The notes under the pieces were generated by a model. It had not been told where the DNA came from. It saw only the letters and a program-made list of their open reading frames with translations, and searched no databases. From NCBI GenBank assembly GCA_024405635.1, contig JAKSOL010000007.1, positions 63,981 to 127,980 of the forward strand: 64,000 nucleotides of DNA. Reading direction: 5' to 3'. Below, in pieces: positions 28,721 to 39,085 of this stretch; within the stretch, counting starts at the first letter, position 1; each line of letters opens with the position of its first letter. Position numbers and translations under genes: made by a program. Source of the DNA: Salinivirgaceae bacterium. Its GTDB lineage: Bacteria > Bacteroidota > Bacteroidia > Bacteroidales > SZUA-534.

Positions 28721-29992
28721 ATGGGTAGCGGATTGTTGCGATTTAGGTTGATTTTGATGAATTTCCTCGAATTTGCAATTTGGGGTGCATATTTAACTTG
28801 TATGGGAACCTATTTGGCATCGCATAATTTAGCGGCCAACATTGGAGTGTTTTATTCCATTCAAGGTGTGGTTTCTATTTTTATGCCAGCATTAATGGGC
28901 GTTATTGCCGATCGTTGGATTCCTGCACAAAAGACTCTTGGTATTTGTCATATTGTTGCTGGTGTGGCAATGATAGGGGCAGGTTACTATGGTGTTATGT
29001 CGGGAGAAACGGTTCAGTTTGCTCCTTTGTTTGGTTTGTATGCTTTAGGCGTGGCGTTTTATATGCCAACACTGGCAATTTCAAATGCAGTAGCTTACAA
29101 CGCACTTGATAGAGCTGGATTAGATACAATTAAAACTTATCCGCCAATACGAATTTTTGGAACAGTTGGTTTTATAGTGTCAATGTTGTTTGTCGATTGG
29201 TTTGGATTTCAAAATTCGGCAGCACAGTTTGTTGTTAGTGGGGTGTTGGGAATAGTGCTTGGTGTGTATGCTTTTACATTGCCACATTGTGATGTTGGTT
29301 CTGCAACCGAAAAAAAATCGCTTGTAGAAGTGCTTGGGTTAAATGCTTTTGCATTATTTAAACAGAAAAAGATGGCGTTGTTTTTCATCTTTTCAATGTT
29401 GTTGGGTGTTTCGTTGCAAATAACTAATGGCTTTGCAAATCCATTTCTTGCCAGTTTTGAAGACATATCGCAATATGCCGATACTTTTGGTGTGAAACAT
29501 GCAAATACACTTATTTCAATATCGCAAGTGTCTGAAACACTTTGTATTTTATTAATACCTTTTTGTTTGCATAGATACGGAATAAAGCGGGTGATGCTAA
29601 TTGCAATGTTTGCATGGGTGTTTCGGTTTGCATTCTTTGGATTAGGAAATCCAGGCAATGGCGTATGGCTATTTGTTCTATCGTGCATTGTATATGGAGT
29701 TGCTTTCGATTTTTTCAATATCAGCGGGTCGTTATTTGTTGATAAGGAAACAAATGTTGAAATACGAGCATCGGCACAAGGTTTGTTTATGCTTATGACA
29801 AATGGCGTTGGTGCAACTATTGGAACGTTAATGGCGCAAATGGTTGTTAATAGGTTTGTGTATTCGCAAACCGAGCCAATGTTAATATGGCAAGGCTGGC
29901 AAACTTCGTGGTATGTTTTTTCAGGATACGCACTTGTTGTGGCAGTGTTGTTTGCACTGATTTTTAAATACAAGCATCAGCTAGATAAATAA
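28721..29992 (+). CDS. Nucleoside:H+ symporter (NupG/XapB-like MFS)
   Basis: MNFLEFAIWGAY, ADRW, YPPIRIFGTVGF, SQVSE, DFFNISGSLF; start set at ATG 28721. Confidence 0.9.
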   Translation: MGSGLLRFRLILMNFLEFAIWGAYLTCMGTYLASHNLAANIGVFYSIQGVVSIFMPALMGVIADRWIPAQKTLGICHIVAGVAMIGAGYYGVMSGETVQFAPLFGLYALGVAFYMPTLAISNAVAYNALDRAGLDTIKTYPPIRIFGTVGFIVSMLFVDWFGFQNSAAQFVVSGVLGIVLGVYAFTLPHCDVGSATEKKSLVEVLGLNAFALFKQKKMALFFIFSMLLGVSLQITNGFANPFLASFEDISQYADTFGVKHANTLISISQVSETLCILLIPFCLHRYGIKRVMLIAMFAWVFRFAFFGLGNPGNGVWLFVLSCIVYGVAFDFFNISGSLFVDKETNVEIRASAQGLFMLMTNGVGATIGTLMAQMVVNRFVYSQTEPMLIWQGWQTSWYVFSGYALVVAVLFALIFKYKHQLDK

Positions 29993-30007
29993 ATTACAAA
30001 AAATCAA

Positions 30008-30964
30008 ATGGTTATGAAACGTATTTCGGTTGGTATTGACATAGGAGGAACCAACACTGCGCTTGGGTTGGTTGATGTTGATGGAAATGTTTTGGCTCAA
30101 GATTCGGTAAAGACTTGTGCCGATGTGAATGACGAGGTTAAAACAATTGCCGATACTATTAGCAAATTGTTGCAAAGTATTGAACCTGTTGAAGTTGTGG
30201 GTATTGGCATTGGTGCTCCAAATGGTAATTATTATAGTGGATGTATTGAAGGGGCAGCAAATCTGCATTGGAAAGGCAAAGTTGAACTTGTTAAATTGAT
30301 GCGTCAGTATATTGATGTTCCTACATTTCTTACAAACGATGCAAATGCTGCAGCAATAGGTGAAATGGTGTATGGAGCGGCAAAGGGAATGAAAGATTTT
30401 ATTGTGATAACGCTAGGAACGGGGCTTGGTAGCGGTATTGTTGTTAACGGACGTTTGCTGTATGGTCACGATGGTTTTGCTGGCGAACTTGGGCATGTTA
30501 ATGCTATTCGTAATGGGCGAATTTGTGGTTGCGGACGCCGTGGCTGTGTTGAAACGTATGTTTCTGCAACTGGAGTGGTGCGTACAGCAACAGAACTATT
30601 ATCGGAAAGTATGGAGCCAAGCGAGTTGCGCAGTATTCCAAACTCAGAACTTACAAGTCTTGCGGTAACACAGGCGGCTAATCGTGGCGATTCAATAGCT
30701 AAGCAAGTATTTGAGCGTACTGGCGAAATTCTTGGTCGTGCGTTGGCTGACGCAATTGCGTTTTCTAGTCCACAAGCCATTTTCTTGTTTGGAGGATTAG
30801 CTGGCGCGGGCGATTTACTATTTGAACCTACACGTCGAAGTTTAGACGAAAATGTACTGAGTATATTTAAAGGGAAAGCAAAAATATTGCCATCAGGATT
30901 AAAATCGAATGCTGCTATATTGGGAGCAAGCGCTCTTGTTTGGGGTGAGCTTAATCAGAATTAA
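30008..30964 (+). CDS. ROK-family sugar kinase (glucokinase-like)
   Basis: GIDIGGT, NDANAAAIGE, TLGTGLGSG, GELGH, CGCGRRGC. Confidence 0.93.
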   Translation: MVMKRISVGIDIGGTNTALGLVDVDGNVLAQDSVKTCADVNDEVKTIADTISKLLQSIEPVEVVGIGIGAPNGNYYSGCIEGAANLHWKGKVELVKLMRQYIDVPTFLTNDANAAAIGEMVYGAAKGMKDFIVITLGTGLGSGIVVNGRLLYGHDGFAGELGHVNAIRNGRICGCGRRGCVETYVSATGVVRTATELLSESMEPSELRSIPNSELTSLAVTQAANRGDSIAKQVFERTGEILGRALADAIAFSSPQAIFLFGGLAGAGDLLFEPTRRSLDENVLSIFKGKAKILPSGLKSNAAILGASALVWGELNQN

Positions 30965-31076
30965 TTTGCTTTTGAGCTTATATGGTATTAAAGGCTGGCC
31001 AACTTGGTTAGCCTTTTTTTTGTTAAATCAAATCTGCATTCTTGAATCAATGTTGTTAAAACGCAAATTTTTGCAT

Positions 31077-31224
31077 CCTCCTGCATTGTGAGTTCAATCA
31101 ATAATCGTCGCCCATGCTGTCAGTAACCTGTGTGTCGAGTTTACGAATTCCCGAAGCAGGATTGTAGGCTAGGCCACTCTCAAGGCGTTCAAATGAAAGT
31201 TAAACTTTGCTTCTGTACAGAAGA
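31077..31224 (+). ncRNA. Probable Bacteroidota 6S-like RNA (Bacteroidales-1-like)
   Basis: GC-richer ~150-nt island in a long AT-rich gap, just after a TTTG promoter-like box; imperfect end pairing; GTCAGTA, CGAAGCAGGA and CACTCTCAAG blocks resemble this family from memory. Confidence 0.45.
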
Positions 31225-31977
31225 ATATACGTTCGTTATTCTTCAACTAGAATGTTCAGTGTTGGCTTTTAATCTGTTTCATTTTTTTTCTAGTTGTTTC
31301 GCTGTTGCTCAGTAATGAAGTTTATTGTGCTGATTAATAGTGGATTACTATTGATTTGACCTGCTTTTAACCTTCTGACGTTTCAATATTTGTTTTTTAG
31401 CTTGCAGTGATACGTAAATAATTGATTTTTCAAGTGCTATTGTGGCTTTTTGCGTTTCGAAAGTAGAAAAGTGGTGTTTGTGAAATTCGGCAATCAGTTT
31501 CCTGTTGAAACAAAAGAGTAGAGTAGGAGGCGGTTCAGCTTGAGATGTGATTCTATGCTTTGGTTGAATAGTTAGCGTTTATTGTTCTTGTTTTGAAGTT
31601 TCTTGAAAAGTAACAATTTGTAAGTATTTCGAATTGTAATATAAGGTACAATCTCTATTTTTTACAATCATCAATAATTTAGTTTGTTGTGTGTAAAAGT
31701 CGCGTAATCAATCATTTACGTCATTTATTTAAAACAAAACAACAAGCAGTTGCGGCAATTAATTAAAATTTGGATTGTTTTAGGATTATTTTAAGTCACT
31801 AACTAATTAAAAATCAATAATATATACTATTAAAGTTAAATATAAAGTTTAACCCTTAAGGCTAGAATTATAAATTTATCTATTTACATTTGTAACAATT
31901 CAAAATTTACAAATGTGATATTTTGAAAATTTACAAATGTTACATTTGCAAAAAAGTAACAACAAAGGTTTTTATAA

Positions 31978-32478
31978 ATGGAAATAAGTGAACGAATAAA
32001 ACGAATGATAACAGCCGAAGGGCTTACATCGTCGCAATTTGCTGACAGGGCTGGCATAGCACGTTCAAATGTGTCGCACATTTTGTCGGGGCGCAGTGCT
32101 CCGGGACTAGAAGCGTTGCAAAAAATGTTAGCAGCTTTTCCTAGATTTAATGCTGAATGGCTGGTTTTAGACAAGGGACCAATGTATAAAGAACCTCGCC
32201 AAACAAGCATTTTCGAAGCAATAGCAGAGGCTACAGGTGAGTCGGTTGACGATTTAACAGTTACAGAACAAGTAAATAAAACAGAGGTAGAGGAGTCTTC
32301 TTCAGTAAATGCTTTGTCGGCCAAAAGAGTTAATGTTGTTAGTTCTGGCAATCAAACTCAGGCTGTTATGTCTGAATTTGTGGAGCCGTCGTTGCCCATT
32401 GAGCATAAAGAACGAGAAATTGAGCGCATTGTGGTGTTTTATAAAGATCATACGTTTACTGAATACATCAATCAGTAA
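31978..32478 (+). CDS. XRE-family HTH transcriptional regulator
   Basis: LTSSQFADRAGIARSNVSHILSGRSAP...WL..KG.M; C-terminal IERIVVFYKD.TF. Confidence 0.88.
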   Translation: MEISERIKRMITAEGLTSSQFADRAGIARSNVSHILSGRSAPGLEALQKMLAAFPRFNAEWLVLDKGPMYKEPRQTSIFEAIAEATGESVDDLTVTEQVNKTEVEESSSVNALSAKRVNVVSSGNQTQAVMSEFVEPSLPIEHKEREIERIVVFYKDHTFTEYINQ

Positions 32479-32532
32479 ACAAAAAAAGGCGATCAATTAA
32501 GGTCGCCTTTTTTGTTGTCGTAATATCTTGGT

Positions 32533-33462
32533 TTATCCTTTAATTTCAAGCATTGCATCAATCGATTTTTGCGCCTTTTGGCTCAATTCAGCATTTAGCG
32601 AAACTACATTTGTTTCATTTTCAAGCACGTCAAGAACTTTTTCTAGTGTTATTTTCTTCATTTGAGCACAAATTAGCTTATCGTTCAATGGTATAAACTC
32701 TTTTTCTGGGCTGTCTTGCTGAAGTTTATATATAGTTCCTAGTTCTGTAGCTATCACAAACTGTTTTTTGTTTGAATTTTTTGCATGCTTAACCATTCCA
32801 GCGGTTGAGTACATATAAACGTTTTGCATCGATAGCACTTCGTCGTCCCATGAGCATAAGGCTTCTGGATGAATCAAAATATCAGCATTAGGAAACTTCT
32901 CGGCAGCTTGTTTTATCATATCGGCCGATATTTTATGGTGAACGCAGCAGTTTCCATTCCATAAGTTTAGTTTGCGTCCTGTTTTTTTCTGAATCCAACC
33001 TCCAAGGTTAGCGTCTGGCACAAACAGTATTTCTTTGTCTTTTGGAAGCGACGAAACTACGTTTAGTGCATTTGCCGATGTGCAACAAACATCAGTGTAA
33101 GCTTTAGTTTCGGCTGTAGTGTTTACATAGCTCACAACCAATCCATTAGAATTTGCTTCTTTCCATTTCTTTAGTTCGTATCCAGTAATCGATTCGGCCA
33201 AAGAACAACCAGCAGTAGGATCGGGTATTAGCACTTTTTTATTGGGAGAGATTACAGCTGCAGTTTCTGCCATAAAGTGAACACCACAAAAAACAATAAT
33301 ACTAGCATTAGTTCTGCCAGCTTCTTGCGACAAGCCTAACGAATCGCCCAGATAATCAGCTATGTCTTGAATTTCTGGTCGGGTATAATAGTGGGCAAGA
33401 ATTACGGCGTTTTTTTCGCGTTTAAGTTGCTCAATGCGTTTAATAATCTCTTTGTTGTCCAT
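32533..33462 (-). CDS. nadA: Quinolinate synthase
   Basis: ILAHYY, GDSLGL, FCGVHFMAET, GCSLA, YVNT, CCTS.NA, HPE, C..MKK; start set at MDNKE. Confidence 0.96.
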   Translation of the reverse strand: MDNKEIIKRIEQLKREKNAVILAHYYTRPEIQDIADYLGDSLGLSQEAGRTNASIIVFCGVHFMAETAAVISPNKKVLIPDPTAGCSLAESITGYELKKWKEANSNGLVVSYVNTTAETKAYTDVCCTSANALNVVSSLPKDKEILFVPDANLGGWIQKKTGRKLNLWNGNCCVHHKISADMIKQAAEKFPNADILIHPEALCSWDDEVLSMQNVYMYSTAGMVKHAKNSNKKQFVIATELGTIYKLQQDSPEKEFIPLNDKLICAQMKKITLEKVLDVLENETNVVSLNAELSQKAQKSIDAMLEIKG

Positions 33463-33897
33463 ATTGTAAATTGTTGGATTTATTAAGTGCAAATTTGGCA
33501 AATTGTGCATAGCTTATCAATAAACTATCTGGGATTTTTTTCGAAAATAAAAAAGAAGTGTAGTCATACTACTAGGTTAATTCAAGTATATGATTGGTTT
33601 TGCGACAGCTTAACGAATGTTTTAAAGTTGTTCTTTTAATAGACAAGTGGCTGTTAGTAAACATAAGTCGATATGTTGAAATTGGAGGATATGTGTTTTT
33701 ATTTTTGTACAAATGCTTGTGGGTTCAATGATTTGTTTAGTTGTAATAAATTGAATAATAGGCGGGTCAATTATTGTTTACAAGTGTAAAAATGTTTCAA
33801 AACTGCATAAATACAAATGTAAATTACGTAAAGCGATTTATCGTTGAAATATGTAAATTGACATAAACGGGCGTTTGGTGATTAAGAATAAGGGGAT

Positions 33898-34440
33898 ATG
33901 TACTTTCAAATTGATAGAAAAATGTTACAAATTGTAAGAAGGCTTTTTCGCTGCTTTATTTTGGTTTGTATGCTATGCGGATGCGTTTCGACGCAAATGG
34001 CAACAAGTTCAAAAGATGAAACTAAAGTGTTATCTTCCAAATTTGGAGTTCAATTATCTCAAAAGAAGGATAACATTGCATTATATAGTGAATGTGCATC
34101 GTGGATAGGAACTCCATACAAGACTGGTGGAACTTCTCGTAGTGGTGTCGATTGCTCTGGCTTTGTACAAAGTGTATATAAAAAGGTGTATAACAAGAAG
34201 TTAAGTCGCGAATCAATTGAAATGTTGCGTGTAGATTGCAGCAAGATTATGAAAAGCCGCTTGCGCGAAGGCGATTTGGTTTTTTTTCATACGGGTAAGA
34301 AACGCAAACCAAACCATGTTGGTATTTACTTGAAAGATGGCAAGTTTGTTCATGCTAGTTCTTCAAGAGGCGTTATGGTTAGTGATTTGAGTGAAACTTA
34401 TTTCTTAGACACTTGGCACACGGCTGGTAGAGTTAAATAA
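33898..34440 (+). CDS. NlpC/P60 (C40) peptidase lipoprotein
   Basis: W.GTPY..GG....G.DCSGF, GDLVFF, HVGIY, FVHAS. Confidence 0.93.
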   Translation: MYFQIDRKMLQIVRRLFRCFILVCMLCGCVSTQMATSSKDETKVLSSKFGVQLSQKKDNIALYSECASWIGTPYKTGGTSRSGVDCSGFVQSVYKKVYNKKLSRESIEMLRVDCSKIMKSRLREGDLVFFHTGKKRKPNHVGIYLKDGKFVHASSSRGVMVSDLSETYFLDTWHTAGRVK

Positions 34441-35127
34441 ATCTATTTAACATAATGTATTGCGTGAGATTTGTGCGATTAAATTTTGCTTGTAGAAATA
34501 GGAAAGTGGGCTATTTTTTGTAAATGTGTAATGGTTAGCAATTGTGTCTTTTTTCTGATTAATCATTGCGTCTCAAAATAGTAGGTTTATTTTTAGTGAG
34601 TATAATTCTTATTTTACGTAACCAAATTTTGATTCTTGTTGTTTGTCATTAAATCAAATTTTTTGTTGAGCAATAAATTTTAGACACGCATATATAAGTA
34701 TCGGTTTGTTATAATTGTCTGTTAGATTTCAGATTATTTTCATTCTTAACAATTTGTATCTGCAAATGCTACCAAATTTTTTTTTGGTAATCATTATATA
34801 TGTATTGGCGCTTTAAATTCCTAACTATTAAAGGCATTTTTCCATTAAAAAATATAATTACCATTTTGTCTTATAATTTATATTATGTTAAATAGCATGT
34901 TTGAAAAAATGTAGCCTATTCTCAAAAATGTTGCATATAATTAACAGATTATCAAATAAATAGTAATGCGAAAAATAAGTCCCGATTGTTGTCGGGACTT
35001 TCAAAGCAGATATTTTATTGACTAATTATTTTCAAAAAAACGGAAAGTTGGTTTGTGATAACGTAAACAAAAAACCTGTGCTTAGAAACTTTGGCAAATG
35101 CCAATTAGTCAATCAAGAACCGAAAGA

Positions 35128-35370
35128 TTATTTTTCGCGAGCTTGACTAACAACCAATTTACGACCTAAAAATTCGCTGCCAGCTAGTTGGTCAATTGCG
35201 TTTTGAGCTGCGGCATTGTCGGTCATTTCAACAAAACCGAATCCTTTGCTGCGTTTTGTTGCTTTGTCAACAATGATTTTTGACGATACAACTTCGCCAA
35301 ATGCGCTGAAAACTTCTTTCAACTGTTCTTCTGTAGCCTTGTAATTTAGGTTACCAACGTAAATGTTCAT
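35128..35370 (-). CDS. RRM-domain RNA-binding protein
   Basis: RNP2 IYVGNL, RNP1 KGFGFVEM. Confidence 0.95.
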   Translation of the reverse strand: MNIYVGNLNYKATEEQLKEVFSAFGEVVSSKIIVDKATKRSKGFGFVEMTDNAAAQNAIDQLAGSEFLGRKLVVSQAREK

Positions 35371-35724
35371 AAAAAATACTAATAAGTTATTAAAATGGTC
35401 TAATTGAACTTGTTATGGTTCAATTATTTAGACAAATGTATCATTATTTTAATTCAGAAAAATAAAAATGAAATTTTATTTTTATTACATAAACGTAATG
35501 TAAATCAATTAGTTACAATTGAATGGTATTTATTATATAAGCCTCTACTCCACTGCTTGTTGTCTTTTTAAAACGCACAAAGCTCCTCTTATTTTTAACT
35601 CTTGTTAGAACAGATTTACTTAATATTATATGGTGTATTTTGCTCGTACATTGGTGAGTTTTTTGGTCTTTTAAGTGTTGTGGTATTCAATTCTTTATTA
35701 CATTTGCGGCCGAATAGAAAAATT

Positions 35725-35775
35725 ATGAACAACACACTACATCATCATCACCATCATTGCAATTCAAGCCGCTAA
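35725..35775 (+). CDS. hisL: his operon leader peptide
   Basis: MNNTLHHHHHHCNSSR* (six consecutive His codons); -7 box TACATTTG at about 35699. Confidence 0.9.
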   Translation: MNNTLHHHHHHCNSSR

Positions 35776-35814
35776 TGCCGCATGAACTGATGATGCTGTA
35801 GGTAAAGATAATCC

Positions 35815-35842
35815 AAGGCTCGCAGGAATGCGGGCCTTTTTT
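35815..35842 (+). terminator. his attenuator terminator
   Basis: AAGGCTCGCA-GGAA-TGCGGGCCTTTTTT; TGATGATG near 35788 can pair with the His codons. Confidence 0.85.
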
Positions 35843-35878
35843 GTTTATGACTGAATAACTATAAAAATATTACGAATT

Positions 35879-36733
35879 ATGTTACTACGAATTGCTGTAC
35901 AAGCCAAAGGTCGCTTGTTTGAAGAAACTATGACAATGCTTTCGGAATCAAGCATCAAAATTGAGCAAAGTAAACGTACATTGCTAATGCCAGCAAAGAA
36001 CTTCCCTGTTGAGATTCTTTATTTGCGCGATGATGATATTCCACAAGCAGTTGCAAGTGGTATTGCCGACGTTGGTATTGTGGGCGAAAATGAATTTGAA
36101 GAGCGTGCTGAGGATGCTGAAATTATTAAACGTTTAGATTTCAGTAAGTGTCGTCTTTCTATTGCTATACCAAAAGAAATTGACTATGATGGTCCACAAT
36201 GGTTAAATGGCAAAAAGATTGCCACTTCGTACCCTGGTATTTTGCAACGTTTTCTTGATAAAAACGGAGTGAAAGCTGAAATTCATGTAATTACAGGTTC
36301 GGTTGAAATTGCTCCTGGCATTGGTCTTGCCGATTGCATTTTTGACATTGTAAGTTCAGGTAGTACTTTGGTTAGCAATAACTTAAAGGAAGTTGAAGTT
36401 GTAATGAAATCGGAAGCTGTTCTTATTGGAAACAAACAACTTTGTGCTGAAAAACGTGAGATATTGAGCGAATTGCTATTCCGTTTCGACTCATATAAAA
36501 ATGCTGAAGGCAAGAAGTATATCATTCTAAATATTCCAAACAATAAGATTCAAGCCGCAACAGAATTGCTTCCAGGAATGAAATCGCCAACTGTTACCCC
36601 ACTTGCAACCGAGGGTTGGTCGTCGCTAGCATCGGTTATTGAGGAAAAAACATTTTGGGAAGTTATTGGAAAGCTAAAAGGACTTGGAGCAGAAGGCATT
36701 TTGGTAATGCCTATCGAAAAAATGATTCTTTAA
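35879..36733 (+). CDS. hisG: ATP phosphoribosyltransferase (long form)
   Basis: LRDDDIP, IATSYP, GSVEIAP, DIVSSGSTL. Confidence 0.97.
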   Translation: MLLRIAVQAKGRLFEETMTMLSESSIKIEQSKRTLLMPAKNFPVEILYLRDDDIPQAVASGIADVGIVGENEFEERAEDAEIIKRLDFSKCRLSIAIPKEIDYDGPQWLNGKKIATSYPGILQRFLDKNGVKAEIHVITGSVEIAPGIGLADCIFDIVSSGSTLVSNNLKEVEVVMKSEAVLIGNKQLCAEKREILSELLFRFDSYKNAEGKKYIILNIPNNKIQAATELLPGMKSPTVTPLATEGWSSLASVIEEKTFWEVIGKLKGLGAEGILVMPIEKMIL

Positions 36734-36734
36734 T

Positions 36735-38018
36735 ATGAAGATTGTAAAATATCCGAATAAGGCTGAATGGGCAGAACTATTGGCTCGTCCGTCGTTTGAT
36801 AACTCAAGCCTTACAGCTACTGTTAAAGGAGTTTTGGATGATATTCGCACTCGTGGCGATGTGGCTGTGCGCGAATACGAACTAAAGTTTGACAAAGTAC
36901 AACTAGTTGATCTTAGAGTTTCGGACGCAGAGTTTGTTGAAGCTGAAGCTTTGATATCAGACGAGTTAAAAAGTGCAATTTGCTCAGCAAAAGAGAATAT
37001 TGCCAAATTTCATGCAGCGCAAGACACTCCATTACCTTGTGTTGAAACAATGCAAGGCGTTAAGTGTTGGCAAAAAGCAATGCCAATTCAGCGTGTTGGG
37101 TTGTATATTCCTGGTGGTACTGCCCCACTTTTTTCAACCGTATTGATGCTTGCAGTTCCTGCACAAATAGCAGGTTGTAAGGAGATTACACTTTGTTCGC
37201 CTCCAAATAAAGAAGGAAAAATACACCCTGCAGTATTGTATGCAGCAAAAGTTGCCGGTGTTAACAACATTTTTAAGATTGGTGGAGTTCAAGCAATTGG
37301 TGCTATGGCTTATGGAACCGAATCGGTGAACAAAGTATATAAGATATTTGGTCCTGGTAATCAGTTTGTTACATGTGCAAAGCAGATTGTAAGTTTGAAA
37401 GATGTTGCAATTGATATGCCAGCAGGACCATCGGAAGTTGAAGTTATTGCCGACGAAACAGCAAACGCTTCATTTGTAGCAGCCGATTTATTGTCGCAAG
37501 CTGAGCATGGTGCTGATAGTCAAGCTATTCTTATTACATCGAGCGAAAAACTTGCAACCGATGTAATGGTAGAAGTTGAGCGTCAGGTGGCGGCACTTCC
37601 ACGTTTAGCTTTGGCCGAAAAGTCGCTTGAACATAGCCGAATTATTGTGGTTCACAATCTTGAGGAGGTAATTGATATTACAAACGAGTATGCCCCAGAG
37701 CACTTGATTATTCAAACCAAAAACTACATGGAGATTGCTGAGCGTATTTGCAATGCCGGCTCACTATTCCTTGGTCACTTAACCCCAGAAAGTGCTGGCG
37801 ATTACGCATCAGGAACTAACCATACACTGCCTACTAGCGGTTATGCAAAGGCTTACAGTGGTGTGAATCTTGATAGTTTCCGCAAAAAAATGACTTACCA
37901 AGAAATAACTTCAGAAGGTATAAGAAACATAGCCGAAATTGTGGAAACGATGGCAGAGAACGAAGAGTTGTTTGCTCATAAAAACGCAATGACACTGAGA
38001 AAAATGAGTAATAAATAG
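36735..38018 (+). CDS. hisD: Histidinol dehydrogenase
   Basis: GLYIPGG, GPGN, DMPAGPSE, QAEHG, APEHL, GTNHTLPT. Confidence 0.97.
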   Translation: MKIVKYPNKAEWAELLARPSFDNSSLTATVKGVLDDIRTRGDVAVREYELKFDKVQLVDLRVSDAEFVEAEALISDELKSAICSAKENIAKFHAAQDTPLPCVETMQGVKCWQKAMPIQRVGLYIPGGTAPLFSTVLMLAVPAQIAGCKEITLCSPPNKEGKIHPAVLYAAKVAGVNNIFKIGGVQAIGAMAYGTESVNKVYKIFGPGNQFVTCAKQIVSLKDVAIDMPAGPSEVEVIADETANASFVAADLLSQAEHGADSQAILITSSEKLATDVMVEVERQVAALPRLALAEKSLEHSRIIVVHNLEEVIDITNEYAPEHLIIQTKNYMEIAERICNAGSLFLGHLTPESAGDYASGTNHTLPTSGYAKAYSGVNLDSFRKKMTYQEITSEGIRNIAEIVETMAENEELFAHKNAMTLRKMSNK

Positions 38019-38043
38019 TTGGTTAATATAAATTCAAAACCAG

Positions 38044-39084
38044 ATGAATATGTTGAATATCAACACATTAGTTCGCCCATGCATAGCACGATTAAAACCA
38101 TACTCGTGTGCTCGCGATGAGTTTAAGGGTGAGGCTCGTGTTTTTGTTGATGCAAACGAAAATCCGTTTGACGAAAACAAATACAACCGCTATCCTGATC
38201 CATTGCAGATGGCTGTTAAACAGCAAATTGCAGGGCTGAAAAAAGTTCGTCCAACTCAAATTATGCTTGGTAATGGTAGCGATGAACCCATCGATTTGAT
38301 TTACCGCATTTTTTGTGAACCTACAGTAAACAATGCAGTTGCAATTGCTCCAACATACGGAATGTATGGTGTTTGTGCCGACATTAACAATGTTGAGTAT
38401 AGGTCGGTTAACTTAAACGATGATTACTCGCTTGATGCTAGTAGATTACTTGCCGCAGTTGATGCTAATACTCGAGTTATTTGGCTTTGTTCGCCAAACA
38501 ATCCAACAGGTAATTTGCTCAATCGTAGCGAAATAAAGAAGATTCTTGTTGGTTTTAATGGCATTGTTGTTGTTGACGAAGCTTATGTTGACTTTTCATC
38601 TGAAGAGTCGTGGTTAAGTGAGTTGAGTAACTACCCTAATTTGATTGTGTTACAAACATTTAGCAAGGCTTGGGGAATGGCATCGGTACGTTGTGGAATG
38701 GCATTTGCTAGCGAAGAGATTATTGGCTATTTCAACAAAGTAAAGTATCCGTATAACATTAACAAGTTGACCCAAGAGTTTGTTCTTAGCCGCTTGCAGA
38801 ATGTTGAATTAAAGGAAAAACAAACCAAAATAATTCTAGATGAACGTCCAAAATTAGTGTCGGAACTTGAAAAACTTTCAGTTGTAGAAAAAGTTTATGC
38901 AAGCGATGCTAACTTCTTGCTAGTCAGGGTTGACAATGCTCCCAAAATATACAACGAATTAGCTATCAGAGGTATTGTTGTTCGTAGCCGCCACAACATA
39001 GTTTTGTGTAACAACTGTTTGCGCATCACTATAGGAACGGCTGACGAAAACAAGATTATTGTTGAAACATTGAAAGAACTATAA
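38044..39084 (+). CDS. hisC: Histidinol-phosphate aminotransferase
   Basis: DANENP, NRYPDP, GNGSDE, SPNNPTG, DEAY, TFSKAWG. Confidence 0.96.
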   Translation: MNMLNINTLVRPCIARLKPYSCARDEFKGEARVFVDANENPFDENKYNRYPDPLQMAVKQQIAGLKKVRPTQIMLGNGSDEPIDLIYRIFCEPTVNNAVAIAPTYGMYGVCADINNVEYRSVNLNDDYSLDASRLLAAVDANTRVIWLCSPNNPTGNLLNRSEIKKILVGFNGIVVVDEAYVDFSSEESWLSELSNYPNLIVLQTFSKAWGMASVRCGMAFASEEIIGYFNKVKYPYNINKLTQEFVLSRLQNVELKEKQTKIILDERPKLVSELEKLSVVEKVYASDANFLLVRVDNAPKIYNELAIRGIVVRSRHNIVLCNNCLRITIGTADENKIIVETLKEL

Positions 39085-39085
39085 C

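Noticed and set aside
29209-29973. 254-aa minus-strand ORF and similar antisense ORFs (e.g. 56312-56899, 3802-4278, 19382-19684)
   Set aside because: These are shadow frames opposite well-supported genes, with no recognisable motifs.
33511-35127. Replication origin in the AT-rich gaps around nadA/nlpC
   Set aside because: Only degenerate DnaA-box-like words (e.g. TTATCAATA) and no clear GC-skew switch by eye; not supportable without computation.
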